64,000 nucleotides of DNA from Eledone cirrhosa (Eukaryota): the NCBI GenBank assembly GCA_964016885.1, contig OZ024757.1, positions 10,726,001-10,790,000 of the forward strand, in the 5' to 3' direction. The position numbers and the translations under genes were made by a program. The notes under the pieces are model-generated. The model saw only the letters and a list, made by a program, of their open reading frames with translations, was not told the origin of the DNA and ran no database searches. This document shows positions 29,501-43,200 of the stretch, in pieces (the stretch's first letter is position 1; each line of letters opens with the position of its first letter).

Positions 29501-31300
29501 TGATGGTGGTGGCGGTGGTGGTAAAGTTGATGGTGATGGTGGTGGTGGTAGTGTTGATGGTGGTGGCGGTGGTGGTAGTGTTGATGGTGGTGGCGGTGGA
29601 GGTAGTGTTGATGGTGGTGGCGGTGGTGGTAGAGTTGAGTATGGTGGAGGTGTTGGTGGTAGTGTTGATGGTGGTGGCGGTGGTGGTGGTAGTGTTGATG
29701 GTGGTGGCGGTGGTGGTAGAGTTGATGGTGATGGTGGTGGTGGTAGTGTTGATGGTGGTGGCGGTGGTGGTAGTGTTGATGGTGGTGGCGGTGGTGGTAG
29801 TGTTGATGGTGCTGGAGGTGTTGGTTGGAGTGTTGATGGTGGTGGCGGTGGTGGTGGTAGTGTTGATGGTGGTGGCGGTGGTGGTAGTGTTGATGGTGGT
29901 GGCGTAGGTGGTAGTGTTGATGGTGTTGGTGGTGGTGGTAGTGTTGATGGTGGTGAAGGTGGTGGTGGTAGTGTTGATGGTGGTGGCGGTGGTGGTGGTA
30001 GTGATGATGGTGGTGGTGGTAGTGTTGATGGTGGTGGCGGTGGTGGTAGTGTTGATGGTGGAGGTGTTGGTGGTAGTGTTGATGGTGGTGGCGGTGGTGG
30101 TGGTAGTGTTGATGGTGGTGGCGGTGGTGGTAGTGTTGATGGTGGTGGCGGTGGTGGTAGTGTTGATGGTGGTGGCGGTGGTGGTAGTGTTGATGGTGGC
30201 GGTGGCGGTGGTGGTAGTGTTGATGGTGGTGGCGGTGGTGGTGGTAGTGTTGATGGTGGTGGCGGTGGTGGTAGAGTTGATGGTGATGGCGGTGGTGGTA
30301 GTGTTGATGGTGGAGGTGGTGGTGGTAGTGTTGATGGTGGTGGTGGTGGTGGTGGTAGTGTTGATGGTGGTGGCGGTGGTGGTAGAGTTGATGGTGATGG
30401 CGGTGGTGGTAGTGTTGATGGTGGTGGCGGTGGTGGGAGTGTTGATGGTGGTGGCGGTGGTGGTAGTGTTGAGTGTGGTGGAGGTGTTGGTGGTAGTGTT
30501 GATGGTGGTGGCGGTGGTGGTGGTAGTGTTGATGGTGGTGGCGGTGGTGGTAGTGTTGATGGTGGTGGCGGTGGTGGTAGTGTTGATGGTGGTGGCGGTG
30601 GTGGTAGTGTTGATGGTGGTGGTGGCGGTGGTGGTAGTGTTGATGGTGGTGGCGGTGGTGGTAGTGTTGATGGTGGTGGCGGTGGTGGTAGTGTTGAGTG
30701 TGGTGGAGGTGTTGGTGGTAGTGTTGATGGTGGTGGCGGTGGTGGTGGTAGTGTTGATGGTGGTGGTGGTAGTGTTGATGGTGGTGGCGGTGGTGGTAGT
30801 GTTGATGGCGGTGGCGGTGGTGGTAGTGTTGATGGTGATGGCGGTGATGTTGGTGTTGATGGTGGTGGCGGTGGTGGTGGTAGTATTAATGGTGGTGGCG
30901 GTGGTGGTAGTGTTGATGGTGGTGGAGGTGGTGGTGGTAGTGTTGATGGTGGTGGCGGTGGTGGTGGTAGTGTTGATGGTGGTGGCGGTGGTGGTAGAGT
31001 TGATGGTGATGGCGGTGGTGGTAGTGTTGGGTGGTGGAGGTGGTGGTGGTAGTGTTGATGGTGGTGGCGGTGGTGGTGGTAGTGTTGATGGTGGTGGCGG
31101 TGGTGGTGGTAGTGTTGATGGTGGTGGCGGTGGTGGTAGTGTTGATGGTGGTGGCGGTGGTGGTAGTGTTGATGGTGGTGGTGGCGGTGGTGGTAGTGTT
31201 GATGGTGGTTGCGGTGGTGGTGGTAGTGTTGATGGTGGTGGCGGTGGTGGTAGAGTTGATGGTGATGGCGGTGGTGGTAGTGTTGATGGTGGTGGCGGTG
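14560..31300. repeat. Three dispersed copies of a ~2.5-3 kb higher-order block (starting near 14.6, 23.4 and 28.5 kb)
   Basis: Each copy carries a pair of GGCGTAGGT variants (TAG at 14627/15908, 23499/24834, 28570/29905) followed by the same 2-bp deletion GTTGGGT (17032, 25931, 31029). Confidence 0.85.
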
Positions 31301-34300
31301 GAGGTAGTGTTGGTGGTGGTGGCGGTGGTGGTAGTGTTGAGTATGGTGGAGGTGTTGGTGGTAGTGTTGATGGTGGTGGCGGTGGTGGTGGTAGTGTTGA
31401 TGGTGGTGGCGGTGGTGGTAGAGTTGATGGTGATGGTGGTGGTGGTAGTGTTGATGGTGGTGGCGGTGGTGGTAGTGTTGATGGTGGTGGCGGTGGTGGT
31501 AGTGTTGATGGTGGTGGCGGTGGTGGTATTGTTGAGTGTGGTGGAGGTGTTGGTGGTAGTGTTGATGGTGGTGGCGGTGGTGGTGGTAGTGTTGATGGTG
31601 GTGGCGGTGGTGGTAGTGTTGATGGTGGTGGCGGTGGTGGTAGTGTTGATGGTGGTGGCGGTGGTGGTAGTGTTGATGGTGGCGGTGGCGGTGGTGGTAG
31701 TGTTGATGGTGGTGGCGGTGGTGGTGGTAGTGTTGATGGTGGTGGCGGTGGTGGTAGAGTTGATGGTGATGGCGGTGGTGGTAGTGTTGATTGTGGTGGC
31801 GGTGGTGGTAGTGTTGATGGTGGTGGCGGTGGTGGTAGTGTTGAGTGTGGTAGAGGTGTTGGTGGTAGTGTTGATGGTGGTGGCGGTGGTGCTGGTAGTG
31901 TTGATGGTGGTGGCGGTGGTGGTAGAGTTGATGGTGATGGTGGTGGTGGTAGTGTTGATGGTGGTGGCGGTGGTGGTAGTGTTGATGGTGGTGGCGGTGG
32001 TGGTAGTGTTGATGGTGCTGGAGGTGTTGGTGGTAGTGTTGATGGTGGTGGCGGTGGTGGTGGTAGTGTTGATGGTGGTGGCGGTGGTGGTAGTGTTGAT
32101 GGTGGTGGCGGTGGTGGTAGTGTTGATGGTGGTGGCGGTGGTGGTAGTGTTGATGGTGGTGGTGGCGGTGGTGGTAGTGTTGATGGTGTTTGCGGTGGTG
32201 GTGGTAGTGTTGATGGTGGTGGCGGTGGCGGTGGTGGTAGAGTTGATGGTGATGGCGGTGGTGGTAGTGTTGATGGTGGTGGCGGTGGAGGTAGTGTTGA
32301 TGGTAGTGGCGGTGGTGGTAGTGTTGAGTATGGTGGAGGTGTTGGTGGTAGTGTTGATGGTGGTGGCGGTGGTGGTGGTAGTGTTGATGGTGGTGGCGGT
32401 GGTGGTAGAGTTGATGGTGATGGTGGTGGTGGTAGTGTTGATGGTGGTGGCGGTGGTGGTAGTGTTGATGGTGGTGGCGGTGGTGGTAGTGTTGATGGTG
32501 CTGGAGGTGTTGGTGGTAGTGTTGATGGTGGTGGCAGTGGTGGTGGTAGTGTTGATGGTGGTGGCGATGGTGGTAGGGTTGATGGTGGTGGCGGTGGTGG
32601 TAGTGTTGATCGTGGCGGTGGTGGTGGCAGTGTTGATGGTGGTGGCGGTGGTGATGGTAGTGTTGATGGTGGTGGCGGTGGTGGTGATAGTGTTGATGGT
32701 GGTGGCGGTGGTGGTACTGTTGATGGTGGTGGCGGTGGTGGTAGTAATGATGATGGTGGCGGTGGTGGTGGTAGTATTGATGGTGGTGGCGGTGGTGGTA
32801 GTTTTGATGGTGGTGGCGGTGGTGCTGGTAGTGTTGATGGTGGTGACTGTGGTGGTGGTAGTGTTGATGGTGGTGGCGGTGGTGGTAGTGTTGAAGGTGG
32901 TGGCGGTGGTGGTAGTATTGATGATGGTGGCGGTGGTGGTGGTAGTATTGATGTTGGTGGCGGTGGTGGTAGTGTTGATGGTGGTGGCGGTGGTGCTGGT
33001 AGTGTTGATGGTGGTGACTGTGGTGGTGGTAGTGTTGATGGTGGTGGCGGTGGTGGTAGAGTTCATGGTGGTGGCGGTGGTGGTAGTGTTGATGGTGGTG
33101 GTGCTAGTGTTGATGATGGTGGCGGTGGTGGTAGTGTTGATGGCGGTGGCGGTGGTGGTAGTGTTGATGGTGATGGCGGTGGTGGTAGTGTTGATGGTGG
33201 TGGCGGTGGTGGTGGTAGTGTTGATGGTGGTGGCGGTGGTGGTAGAGTTGATGGTGGTGGCGGTGGTGGTGGTAGTGTTGATGGTGGTGGCGATGGTGGT
33301 AGTGTTGATGGTGGTGGCGGTGGTGGTAGTGTTGATCGTGGCGGTGGTGGTGGCAGTGTTGATGGTGGTGGCGGTGGTGATGGTAGTGTTGATGGTGGTG
33401 GCGGTGGTGGTGGTAGTGTTGATGGTGGTGGCGGTGGTGGTAGTGTTGATGGTGGTGGCGGTGGTGCTGGTAGTGTTGATGGTGGTGACTGTGGTGGTGG
33501 TAGTGTTGATGGTGGTCGCGATGGTGGTAGTGTTGATGGTGGTGGCGGTGGTGGTAGTGTTGATCGTGGTGGTGGTGGTGGCAGTGTTGATGGTGGTGGC
33601 GGTGGTGATGGTAGTGTTGATGGTGGTGGCGGTGGTGGTGGTAGTGTTGATGGTGGTGGCGGTGATGGTAGTGTTGATGGTGATGGTGGTGGTGGTAGTG
33701 TTGATGGTGGTGGCGGTGGTGGTAGTGTTGATGGTGGCGGTGGCGGTGGTGGTAGTGTTGATGGTGGTGGCGGTGGTGGTGGTAGTATTGATGGTGGTGG
33801 CGGTAGTGGTGGTAGTGTTGATGGTGATGGCGGTGGTGGTAGTGTTGATGGTGGTGGCGGTGGTGGTAGTGTTGATGGTGGTAGCGGTGGTGGTAGTGTT
33901 GAGTGTGGTGGAGGTGTTGGTGGTAGTGTTGATGGTGGTGGCGGTGGTGGTGGTAGTGTTGATGGTGGTGGCGGTGTTGGTAGTGTTGATGGTGGTGGCG
34001 GTGGTGGTAGTGTTGATGGTGGTGGCGGTGGTGGTAGTGTTGATGGTGGCGGTGGCGGTGGTGGTAGTGTTGATGGTGGTGGCGGTGGTGGTGGTAGTGT
34101 TGATGTTGGTGGCGGTGGTGGTAGAGTTGATGGTGGTGGCGGTGGTGGTGGTAGTGTTGATGGCGGTGGCGGTGGTGGTAGTGTTGATGGTGATGGCGGT
34201 GGTGGTAGTGTTGATGGTGGAGGTGGTGGTGGTAGTGTTGATGGTGGTGGTGGTGGTGGTGGTAGTGTTGATGGTGGTGGCGGTGGTGGTAGAGTTGATG

Positions 34301-37279
34301 GTGATGGCGGTGGTGGTAGTGTTGATGGTGGTGGCGGTGGTGGGAGTGTTGATGGTGGTGGCGGTGGTGGTAGTGTTGAGTGTGGTGGAGGTGTTGGTGG
34401 TAGTGTTGATGGTGGTGGCGGTGGTGGTGGTAGTGTTGATGGTGGTGGCGGTGGAGGTAGTGTTGATGGTGGTGGCGGTGGTGGTAGTGTTGATGGTGGT
34501 GGCGGTGGTGGTAGTGTTGATGGTGGTGGTGGCGGTGGTGGTAGTGTTGATGGTGGTGGCGGTGGTGGTGGTAGTGTTGATGGTGGTGGCGGTGGTGGTG
34601 GTAGTGTTGATGGGGGTGGCGGTGGTGGTAGAGTTCATGGTGATGGCGGTGGTGGTAGTGTTGATGGTGGTGGCGGTGGTGGTAGTGTTGATGGTGGTGG
34701 CGGTGGTGGTAGTGTTGAGTGTGGTGGAGGTGTTGGTGGTAGTGTTGATGGTGGTGGCGGTGGTGGTGGTAGTGTTGATGGTGGTGGCGGTGGTGGTAGA
34801 GTTGATGCTGATGGTGGTGGTGGTAGTGTTGATGGTGGTGGCGGTGGTGGTAGTGTTGATGGTGGTGGCGGTGGTGGTAGTGTTGATGGTGCTGGAGGTG
34901 TTGGTGATAGTGTTGATGGTGGTGGCGGTGGTGGTGGTAGTGTTGATGGTGGTGGCGGTGGTGGTAGTGTTGATGGTGGTGGAGGTGGTGGTAGTGTTGA
35001 TCGTGGTGGTGGTGGTGGCAGTGTTGATGGTGGTGGCGGTGGTGATGGTAGTGTTGATGGTGGTGGCGGTGGTGGTGGTAGTGTTGTTGGTGGTGGCGGT
35101 GGTGGTAGTATTGATGGTGGTGGCGGTGGTGGTAGTATTGATGATGGTGGCGGTGGTGGTGGTAGTATTGATGGTGGTGGCGGTGGTGGTAGTGTTGATG
35201 GCGGTGGTGCTGGTAGTGTTGATGGTGGTGACTGTGGTGGTGGTAGTGTTGATGGTGGTGGTGGTAGTGTTGATGGTGGTGGCGGTGGTGGTAGTGTTGA
35301 TGGCGGTGGCGGTGGTGGTAGTGTTGATGGTGATGGCGGTGATGTTGGTGTTGATGGTGGTGGCGGTGGTGGTGGTAGTATTGATGGTGATGGCGGTGGT
35401 GGTAGTGTTGATGGTGGTGGCGGTGGTGGTGGTAGTGTTGATGGTGGTGGCGGTGGTGGTGGTAGTGTTGATGGTGGTGGCGGTGGTGGTAGTGTTGATG
35501 GTGTTCGCCGTGGTGGGAGTGTTGATGGTGGTGGCGGTGGTGGTAGTGTTGATGGTGGTGGCGGTGGTGGTGGTAGTGTTGATGGTGGTGGCGGTGGTGG
35601 TGGTAGTGTTGATGTTGATGGCGGTGGTGGTAGTGTTGATGGTGGTGGCGGAGGTGGTAGTGTTGATGGTGGTGGTGGTGGTGGTAGTGTTGATGGTGTT
35701 GGTGGTGGTGGTACTGTTGATGGTGGTGGAGGTGGTGGTGGTAGTGTTGATGGTGGTGGCGGTGGTGGTGGTAGTGTTGATGGTGGTGGTTGTAGTGTTG
35801 ATGGTGGTGGCGGTGGTGGTTGTGTTGATGGTGGTGGTGGTGGTGGTACTGTTGATGGTGGTGGAGGTGGTGGTGGTAGTGTTGATGGTGCTGGCGGTGG
35901 TGGTGGTAGTGTTGATGGTGGTGGCGGTGGTGGTAGTGTTGATGGTGGTGGCGGTGGTGGTAGTGTTGATGGTGGCGGTGGCGGTGGTGGTAGTGTTGAT
36001 GGTGGTGGCGGTGGTGGTGGTAGTGTTGATGGTGGTGGCGGTGGTGGTAGTGTTGATGGTGGTGGTGGTGGTGGTAGTGTTGATGGTGGTGGCGGTGGTG
36101 GTGGTAGTGTTGATGGTGGTGGCGGTGGTGGTGGTAGTGTTGATGGTGGTGGCGGTGGTGGTAGTGTTGATGGTGTTCGCCGTGGTGGGAGTGTTGATGG
36201 TGGTGGCGGTGGTGGTAGTGTTGATGGTGGTGGCGGTGGTGGTGGTAGTGTTGATGGTGGTGGCGGTGGTGGTGGTAGTGTTGATGTTGATGGCGGTGGT
36301 GGTAGTGTTGAGGGTGGTGGCGGAGGTGGTAGTGTTGATGGTGGTGGTGGTGGTGGTAGTGTTGATGGTGTTGGTGGTGGTGGTACTGTTGATGGTGGTG
36401 GAGGCGGTGGTGGTAGTGTTGATGGTGGTGGCGGTGGTGGTGGTAGTGTTGATGGTGGTGGTTGTAGTGTTGATGGTGGTGGCGGTGGTGGTAGTGTTGA
36501 TGGTGGTGGTGGTGGTGGTACTGTTGATGGTGGTGGAGGTGGTGGTGGTAGTGTTGATGAGGGTGGCGGTGGTGGTGGTAGTGTTTATGGTGGTGGCGGT
36601 GGTGGTAGTGTTGATGGTGGTGCCGGTGGTGGTAGTGTTGATGGTGGCGGTAGCGGTGGTGGTAGTGTTGATGGTGGTGGCGGTGGTGGTGGTAGTGTTG
36701 ATGGTGGTGGCGGTGGTGGTAGAGTTGATGGTGATGGCGGTGGTGGTAGTGTTGATTGTGGTGGCGGTGGTGGTAGTGTTGATGGTGGTGGCGGTGGTGG
36801 TAGTGTTGAGTGTGGTGGAGGTGTTGGTGGTAGTGCTGATGGTGGTGGCGGTGGTGGTGGTAGTGTTGATGGTGGTGGCGGTGGTGGTAGAGTTGATTGT
36901 GATGGTGGTGGTGGTAGTGTTGATGGTGGTGGCGGTGGTGGTAGTGTTGATGGTGCTGGAGGTGTTGGTGGTAGTGTTGATGGTGGTGGCGGTGGTGGTA
37001 GTGTTGATGGTGGTGGCGGTGGTGGTAGTGTTGATGGTGGTGGCGGTGGTGGTAGTGTTGATGGTGGTGGCGGTGGTGGTGGTAGTGTTGATGGTGGTGG
37101 CGGTGGTGGTAGTGTTGATGGTGGTGGCGGTGGTGGTAGTGTTGATGGTGGTGGCGGTGGTGGTAGTGTTGATGGTGGTGGTGGCGGTGGTGGTAGTGTT
37201 GATGGTGGTTGCGGTGGTGGTGGTAGTGTTGATGGTGGTGGCGGTGGTGGTAGAGTTGATGGTGATGGCGGTGGTGGTA

Positions 37280-40200
37280 GTGTTGATGGTGGTGGCGGTG
37301 GAGGTAGTGTTGATGGTGGTGGCGGTGGTGGTAGTGTTGAGTATGGTGGAGGTGTTGGTGGTAGTGTTGATGGTGGTGGCGGTGGTGGTGGTAGTGTTGA
37401 TGGTGGTGGCGGTGGTGGTAGAGTTGATGGTGGTGGTGGTAGTGTTGATGGTGGTGGCGGTGGTGGTAGAGTTGATAGTGATGGTGGTGGTGGTAGTGTT
37501 GATGGTGGTGGCGGTGGTGGTAGTGTTGATGGTGGTGGCGGTGGTGGTAGAGTTGATGGTGGTGGTGGTAGTGTTGATGGTGGTGGCGGTGGTGGTAGAG
37601 TTGATAGTGATGGTGGTGGTGGTAGTGTTGATGGTGGTGGCGGTGGTGGTAGTGTTGATGGTGGTGGTGGTAGTGTTGATGGTGGTGGCGGTGGTGGTAG
37701 AGTTGATGGTGATGGTGGTGGTGGTAGTGTTGATGGTGGTGGCGGTGGTGGTAGTGTTGATGGTGGTGGCGGTGGTGGTAGTGTTGATGGTGCTGGAGGT
37801 GTTGGTGGTAGTGCTGATGGTGGTGGCGGTGGTGGTGGTAGTGTTGATGGTGGGGGCGGTGGTGGTAGAGTTGATGGTGATGGTGGTGGTGGTAGTGTTG
37901 ATGGTGGTGGCGGTGGTGGTAGTGTTGATGGTGGTGGCGGTGGTGGTAGTGTTGATGGTGCTGGAGGTGTTGGTGGTAATGTTGATGGTGGTGGCGGTGG
38001 TGGTGGTAGTGTTGATGGTGGTGGCGGTGGTGGTAGTGTTGATGGTGGTGGCGGTGGTGGTAGTGTTGATGGTGGTGGCGGTGGTGGTAGTGTTGATGGT
38101 GGTGGCGGTGGTGGTAGTGTTGATGGTGGTGGTGGCGGTGGTGGTAGTGTTGATGGTGGTTGCGGTGGTGGTGGTAGTGTTGATGGTGGTGGCGGTGGTG
38201 GTAGAGTTGATGGTGATGGCGGTGGTGGTAGTGTTGATGGTGGTGGCGGTGGAGGTAGTGTTGATGGTGGTGGCGGTGGTGGTAGTGTTGAGTATGGTGG
38301 AGGTTTTGGTGGTAGTGTTGATGGTGGTGGCGGTGGTGGTGGTAGTGTTGATGGTGGTGGCGGTGGTGGTAGTGTTGATGGTGATGGCGGTGATGTTGGT
38401 GTTGATGGTGGTGGCGGTGGTGGTGGTAGTATTGATGGTGGTGGCGGTGGTGGTAGTGTTGATGGTGGTGGCGGTGGTGCTGGTAGTGTTGATGGTGGTG
38501 ACTGTGGTGGTGGTAGTGTTGATGGTGGTGGCGGTGGTGGTAGTGTTCATGGTGGTGGCGGTGGTGGTAGTGTTGATGGTGATGGTGGTGGTGGTAGTGT
38601 TGATGGTGGAGGTGGTGGTGGTAGTGTTGATGGTGGTGGCGGTGGTGGTGGTAGTGTTGATGGTGGTGGCGGTGGTGGTAGTGTTGATGGTGGTTGCGGT
38701 GGTGGTAATGTTGATGGTGGTGGCGGTGGTGGTAGTGTTGATGGTGGTGGTGGCGGTGGTGGTAGTGTTGATGGTGGTGGCGGTGGTGGTAGTGTTGATG
38801 GTGGTGGCGGTGGTGGTGGTAGTGTTGATGGTGGTGGCGGTGGTGGTAGAGTTGATGGTGATGGCGGTGGTGGTAGTGTTGATGGTGGTGGCGGTGGTGG
38901 TAGTGTTGATGGTGGTGGCGGTGGTGGTAGTGTTGAGTGTGGTGGAGGTGTTGGTGGTAGTGTTGATGGTGGTGGCGGTGGTGGTGGTAGTGTTGATGGT
39001 GGTGGCGGTGGTGGTAGAGTTGATGGTGATGGTGGTGGTGGTAGTGTTGATGGTGGTGGCGGTGGTGGTAGTGTTGATGGTGGTGGCGGTGGTGGTAGTG
39101 TTGATGGTGCTGGAGGGGTTGGTGGTAGTGTTGATGGTGGTGGCGGTGGTGGTGGTAGTGTTGATGGTGGTGGCAGTGGTGGTAGTGTTGATGGTGGTGG
39201 CGGTGGTGGTAGTGTTGATCGTGGTGGTGGTGGTGGCAGTGTTGATGGTGGTGGCGGTGGTGATGGTAGTGTGGATGGTGGTGGCGGTGATGGTGGTAGT
39301 GTTGTTGGTGGTGGCGGTGGTGGTAGTGTTGATGGTGGTGGCGGTGGTGGAAGTGTTGATGGTGGTGGCGGTGGTGGTAGTGTTGATGGTGGTGGCGGTG
39401 GTGGTAGTGTTGAGTGTGGTGGAGGTGTTGGTGGTAGTGTTGATGGTGGTGGCGGTGGTGGTAGTATTGATGATGGTGGCGGTGGTGGTGGTAGTATTGA
39501 CGGTGGTGGCGGTGGTGGTAGTGTTGATGGTGGTGGCGGTGGTGCTGGTAGTGTTGATGGTGGTGACTGTGGTGGTGGTAGTGTTGATGGTGGTGGCGGT
39601 GGTGGTAGTGTTCATGGTGGTGGCGGTGGTGGTAGTGTTGATGGTGGAGGTGGTGGTGGTAGTGTTGATGGTGGTGGCGGTGGTGGTGGTAGTGTTGATG
39701 GTGGTGGCGGTGGTGGTAGTGTTCATGGTGGTGGCGGTGGTGGTAGTGTTGATGGCGGTGGCGGTGGTGGTAGTGTTGATGGTGGAGGTGGTGGTGGTAG
39801 TGTTGATGGTGGTGGCGGTGGTGGTGGTAGTGTTGATGGTGGTGGCGGTGGTAGTAGTGTTGATGGTGGTGGCGGTGGTGGTAGTGTTGATGGTGGTGGT
39901 GCTAGTGTTGATGGTGGTGGCGGTGGTGGTAGTGTTGATGGCGGTGGCGGTGGTGGTAGTGTTGATGGTGGAGGTGGTGGTGGTAGTGTTGATGGTGGTG
40001 GCGGTGGTGGTGGTAGTGTTGATGGTGGTGGCGGTGGTGGTAGTGTTCATGGTGCTGGCGGTGGTGGTAGTGTTGATGGTGGTGGTGCTAGTGTTGATGG
40101 TGGTGGCGGTGGTGGTAGTGTTGATGGCGATGGCGGTGGTGGTAGTGTTGATGGTGGAGGTGGTGGTGGTAGTGTTGATGGTGGTGGCGGTGGTGGTGGT

Positions 40201-43200
40201 AGTGTTGATGGTGGTGGCGGTGGTGGTAGAGTTGATGGTGATGGCGGTGGTGGTAGTGTTGATGGTGGTGGCGGTGGTGGTAGTGTTGATGGTGGTGGCG
40301 GTGGTGGTAGTGTTGAGTGTGGTGGAGGTGTTGGTGGTAGTGTTGATGGTGGTGGCGGTGGTGGTGGTAGTGTTGATGGTGGTGGCGGTGGTGGTAGTGT
40401 TGATGGTGGTGGCGGTGGTGGTAGTGTTGATGGTGGTGGCGGTGGTGGTAGTGTTGATGGTGGTGGTGGCGGTGGTGGTAGTGTTGATGGTGGTGGCGGT
40501 GGTGGTGGTAGTGTTGATGGTGGTGGCGGTGGTGGTAGGGTTGATGGTGATGGCGGTGGTGGTAGTGTTGATGGTGGTGGCGGTGGTGGTAGTGTTGATG
40601 GTGGTGGCGGTGGTGGTAGTGTTGAGTGTGGTGGAGGTGTTGGTGGTAGTGTTGATGGTGGTGGCGGTGGTGGTGGTAGTGTTGATGGTGGTGGCGGTGG
40701 TGGTAGAGTTGATGGTGATGGTGGTGGTGGTAGTGTTGATGGTGGTGGCGGTGGTGGTAGTGTTGATGGTGGTGGCGGTGGTGGTAGTGTTGATGGTGCT
40801 GGAGGGGTTGGTGGTAGTGTTGATGGTGGTGGCGGTGGTGGTGGTAGTGTTGATGGTGGTGGCAGTGGTGGTAGTGTTGATGGTGGTGGCGGTGGTGGCA
40901 GTGTTGATGGTGGTGGCGGTGGTGATGGTAGTGTTGATGGTGGTGGCGGTGGTGGTGGTAGTGTTGTTGGTGGTGGCGGTGGTGGTAGTGTTGATGGTGG
41001 TGGCGGTGGTGGTAGTATTGATGATGGTGGCGGTGGTGGTGGTAGTATTGATGGTGGTGGCGGTGGTGGTAGTGTTGATGGCGGTGGTGCTGGTAGTGTT
41101 GATGGTGGTGACTGTGATGGTGGTAGTGTTGATGGTGGTGGCGGTGGTGGTAGTGTTGATCGTGGTGGTGGTGGTGGCAGTGTTGATGGTGGTGGCGGTG
41201 GTGATGGTAGTGTGGATGGTGGTGGCGGTGATGGCGGTGGCGGTGGTGGTAGTGTTGATGGTGATGGCGGTGATGTTGGTGTTGATGGTGGTGGCGGTGG
41301 TGGTGGTAGTATTGATGGTGGTGGCGGTGGTGGTAGTGTTGATGGTGGTGGCGGTGGTGGTGGTAGTGTTGATGGTGGTGGCGGTGGTGCTGGTAGTGTT
41401 GATGGTGGTGGCGGTGGTGGTAGTGTTGATGACGTTCGCCGTGGTGGTCGTGTTGATGGTGGTGGCGGTGGTGGTGGTAGTGTTGATGTTGATGGCGGTG
41501 GTGGTAGTGTTGATGGTGGTGGCGGAGGTGGTAGTGTTGATGGTGGTGGTGGTGGTGGTAGTGTTGATGGTGGTGGTGGTGGTGGTACTGTTGATGGTGG
41601 TTGAGGTGGTGGTGGTAGTGTTGATGGTGGTGGCGGTGGTGGTGGTAGTGTTGATGGTGGGGGTGGTAGTGTTGATGGTGGTGGCGGTGGTGGTAGTGTT
41701 GATGGCGGTGGCGGTGGTGGTAGTGTTGATGGTGATGGCGGTGGTGGTAGTGTTGATGGTGGAGGTGGTGGTGGTAGTGTTGATGGAGGTGGCGGTAGTG
41801 GTGGTAGTGTTGATGGTGGTTGCGGTGGTGGTAGTGTTGATGGTGGTGGCGGTGGTGGTAGTGTTGATGGTGGTGGCGGTGGTGGTAGTGTTGAGTGTGG
41901 TGGAGGTGTTGGTGGTAGTGTTGATGGTGGTGGCGGTGGTGGTGGTAGTGTTGATGGTGGTGGCGGTGGTGGTAGTGTTGATGACGTTCGCCGTGGTGGT
42001 AGTGTTGATGGTGGTGGCGGTGGTGGTAGTGTTGATGGTGGCGGTGGCGGTGGTGGTAGAATTGATGGTGATGGCGGTGGTGGTAGTGTTGATGGTGGTG
42101 GCGGTGGTGGTAGTGTTGATGGTGGTGGCGGTGGTGGTAGTGTTTAGTGTGGTGGAGGTGTTGGTGGTAGTGTTGATGGTGGTGCCGGTGGTGGTGGTAG
42201 TGTTGATGGTGGTGGCGGTGGTGGTAGTGTTGATGGTGCTGGAGGTGTTGGTGGTAGTGTTGATGGTGGTGGCGGTGGTGGTGGTAGTGTTGATGGTGGT
42301 GGCGGTGGTGGTATTGTTGAGTGTGGTGGAGGTGTTGGTGGTAGTGTTGATGGTTCTGGCGGTGGTGGTGGTAGTGTTGATGGTGGTGGCGGTAGTGTTG
42401 ATGGTGGTGGCGGTGGTGGTAGTGTTGATGGTGGTGGCGGTGGTGGTAGTGTTGATGATGGTGGCGGTGGTGGTAGTGTTGATGGTGGTGGTGGCGGTGG
42501 TGGTAGTGTTGAGGGTGGTGGCGGTGGTGGTAGAGTTGATGGTGATGGCGGTGGTGGTAGTGTTGATGGTGGTGGCGGTGGTGGTAGTGTTGATGGTGGT
42601 GGCGGTGGTGGTAGTGTTGAGTGTGGTGGAGGTGTTGGTGGTAGTGTTGATGGTGGTGGCGGTGGTGGTGGTAGTGTTGATGTTGGTGGCGGTGGTGGTA
42701 GTGTTGATGGCGGTGGTGCTGGTAGTGTTGATGGTGGTGACTGTGGTGGTGGTAGTGTTGATGGTGGTGGCGGTGGTGGTAGTGTTGATGGTGGTGGCGG
42801 TGGTGCTGGTAGTGTTGATGGTGGTGACTGTGGTGGTGGTAGTGTTGATGGTGGTGGCGGTGGTGGTAGTGTTCATGGTGGTGGCGGTGGTGGTAGTGTT
42901 GATGGTGATGGTGGTGGTGGTAGTGTTGATGGTGGAGGTGGTGGTGGTAGTGTTGATGGTGGTGGCGGTGGTGGTGGTAGTGTTGATGGTGGTGGCGGTG
43001 GTGGTAGTGTTGATGGTGGTTGCGGTGGTGGTAATGTTGATGGTGGTGGCGGTGGTGGTAGTGTTGATGGTGGTGGTGGCGGTGGTGGTAGTGTTGATGG
43101 TGGTGGCGGTGGTGGTAGTGTTGATGGTGGTGGCGGTGGTGGTGGTAGTGTTGATGGTGGTGGCGGTGGTGGTAGAGTTGATGGTGATGGCGGTGGTGGT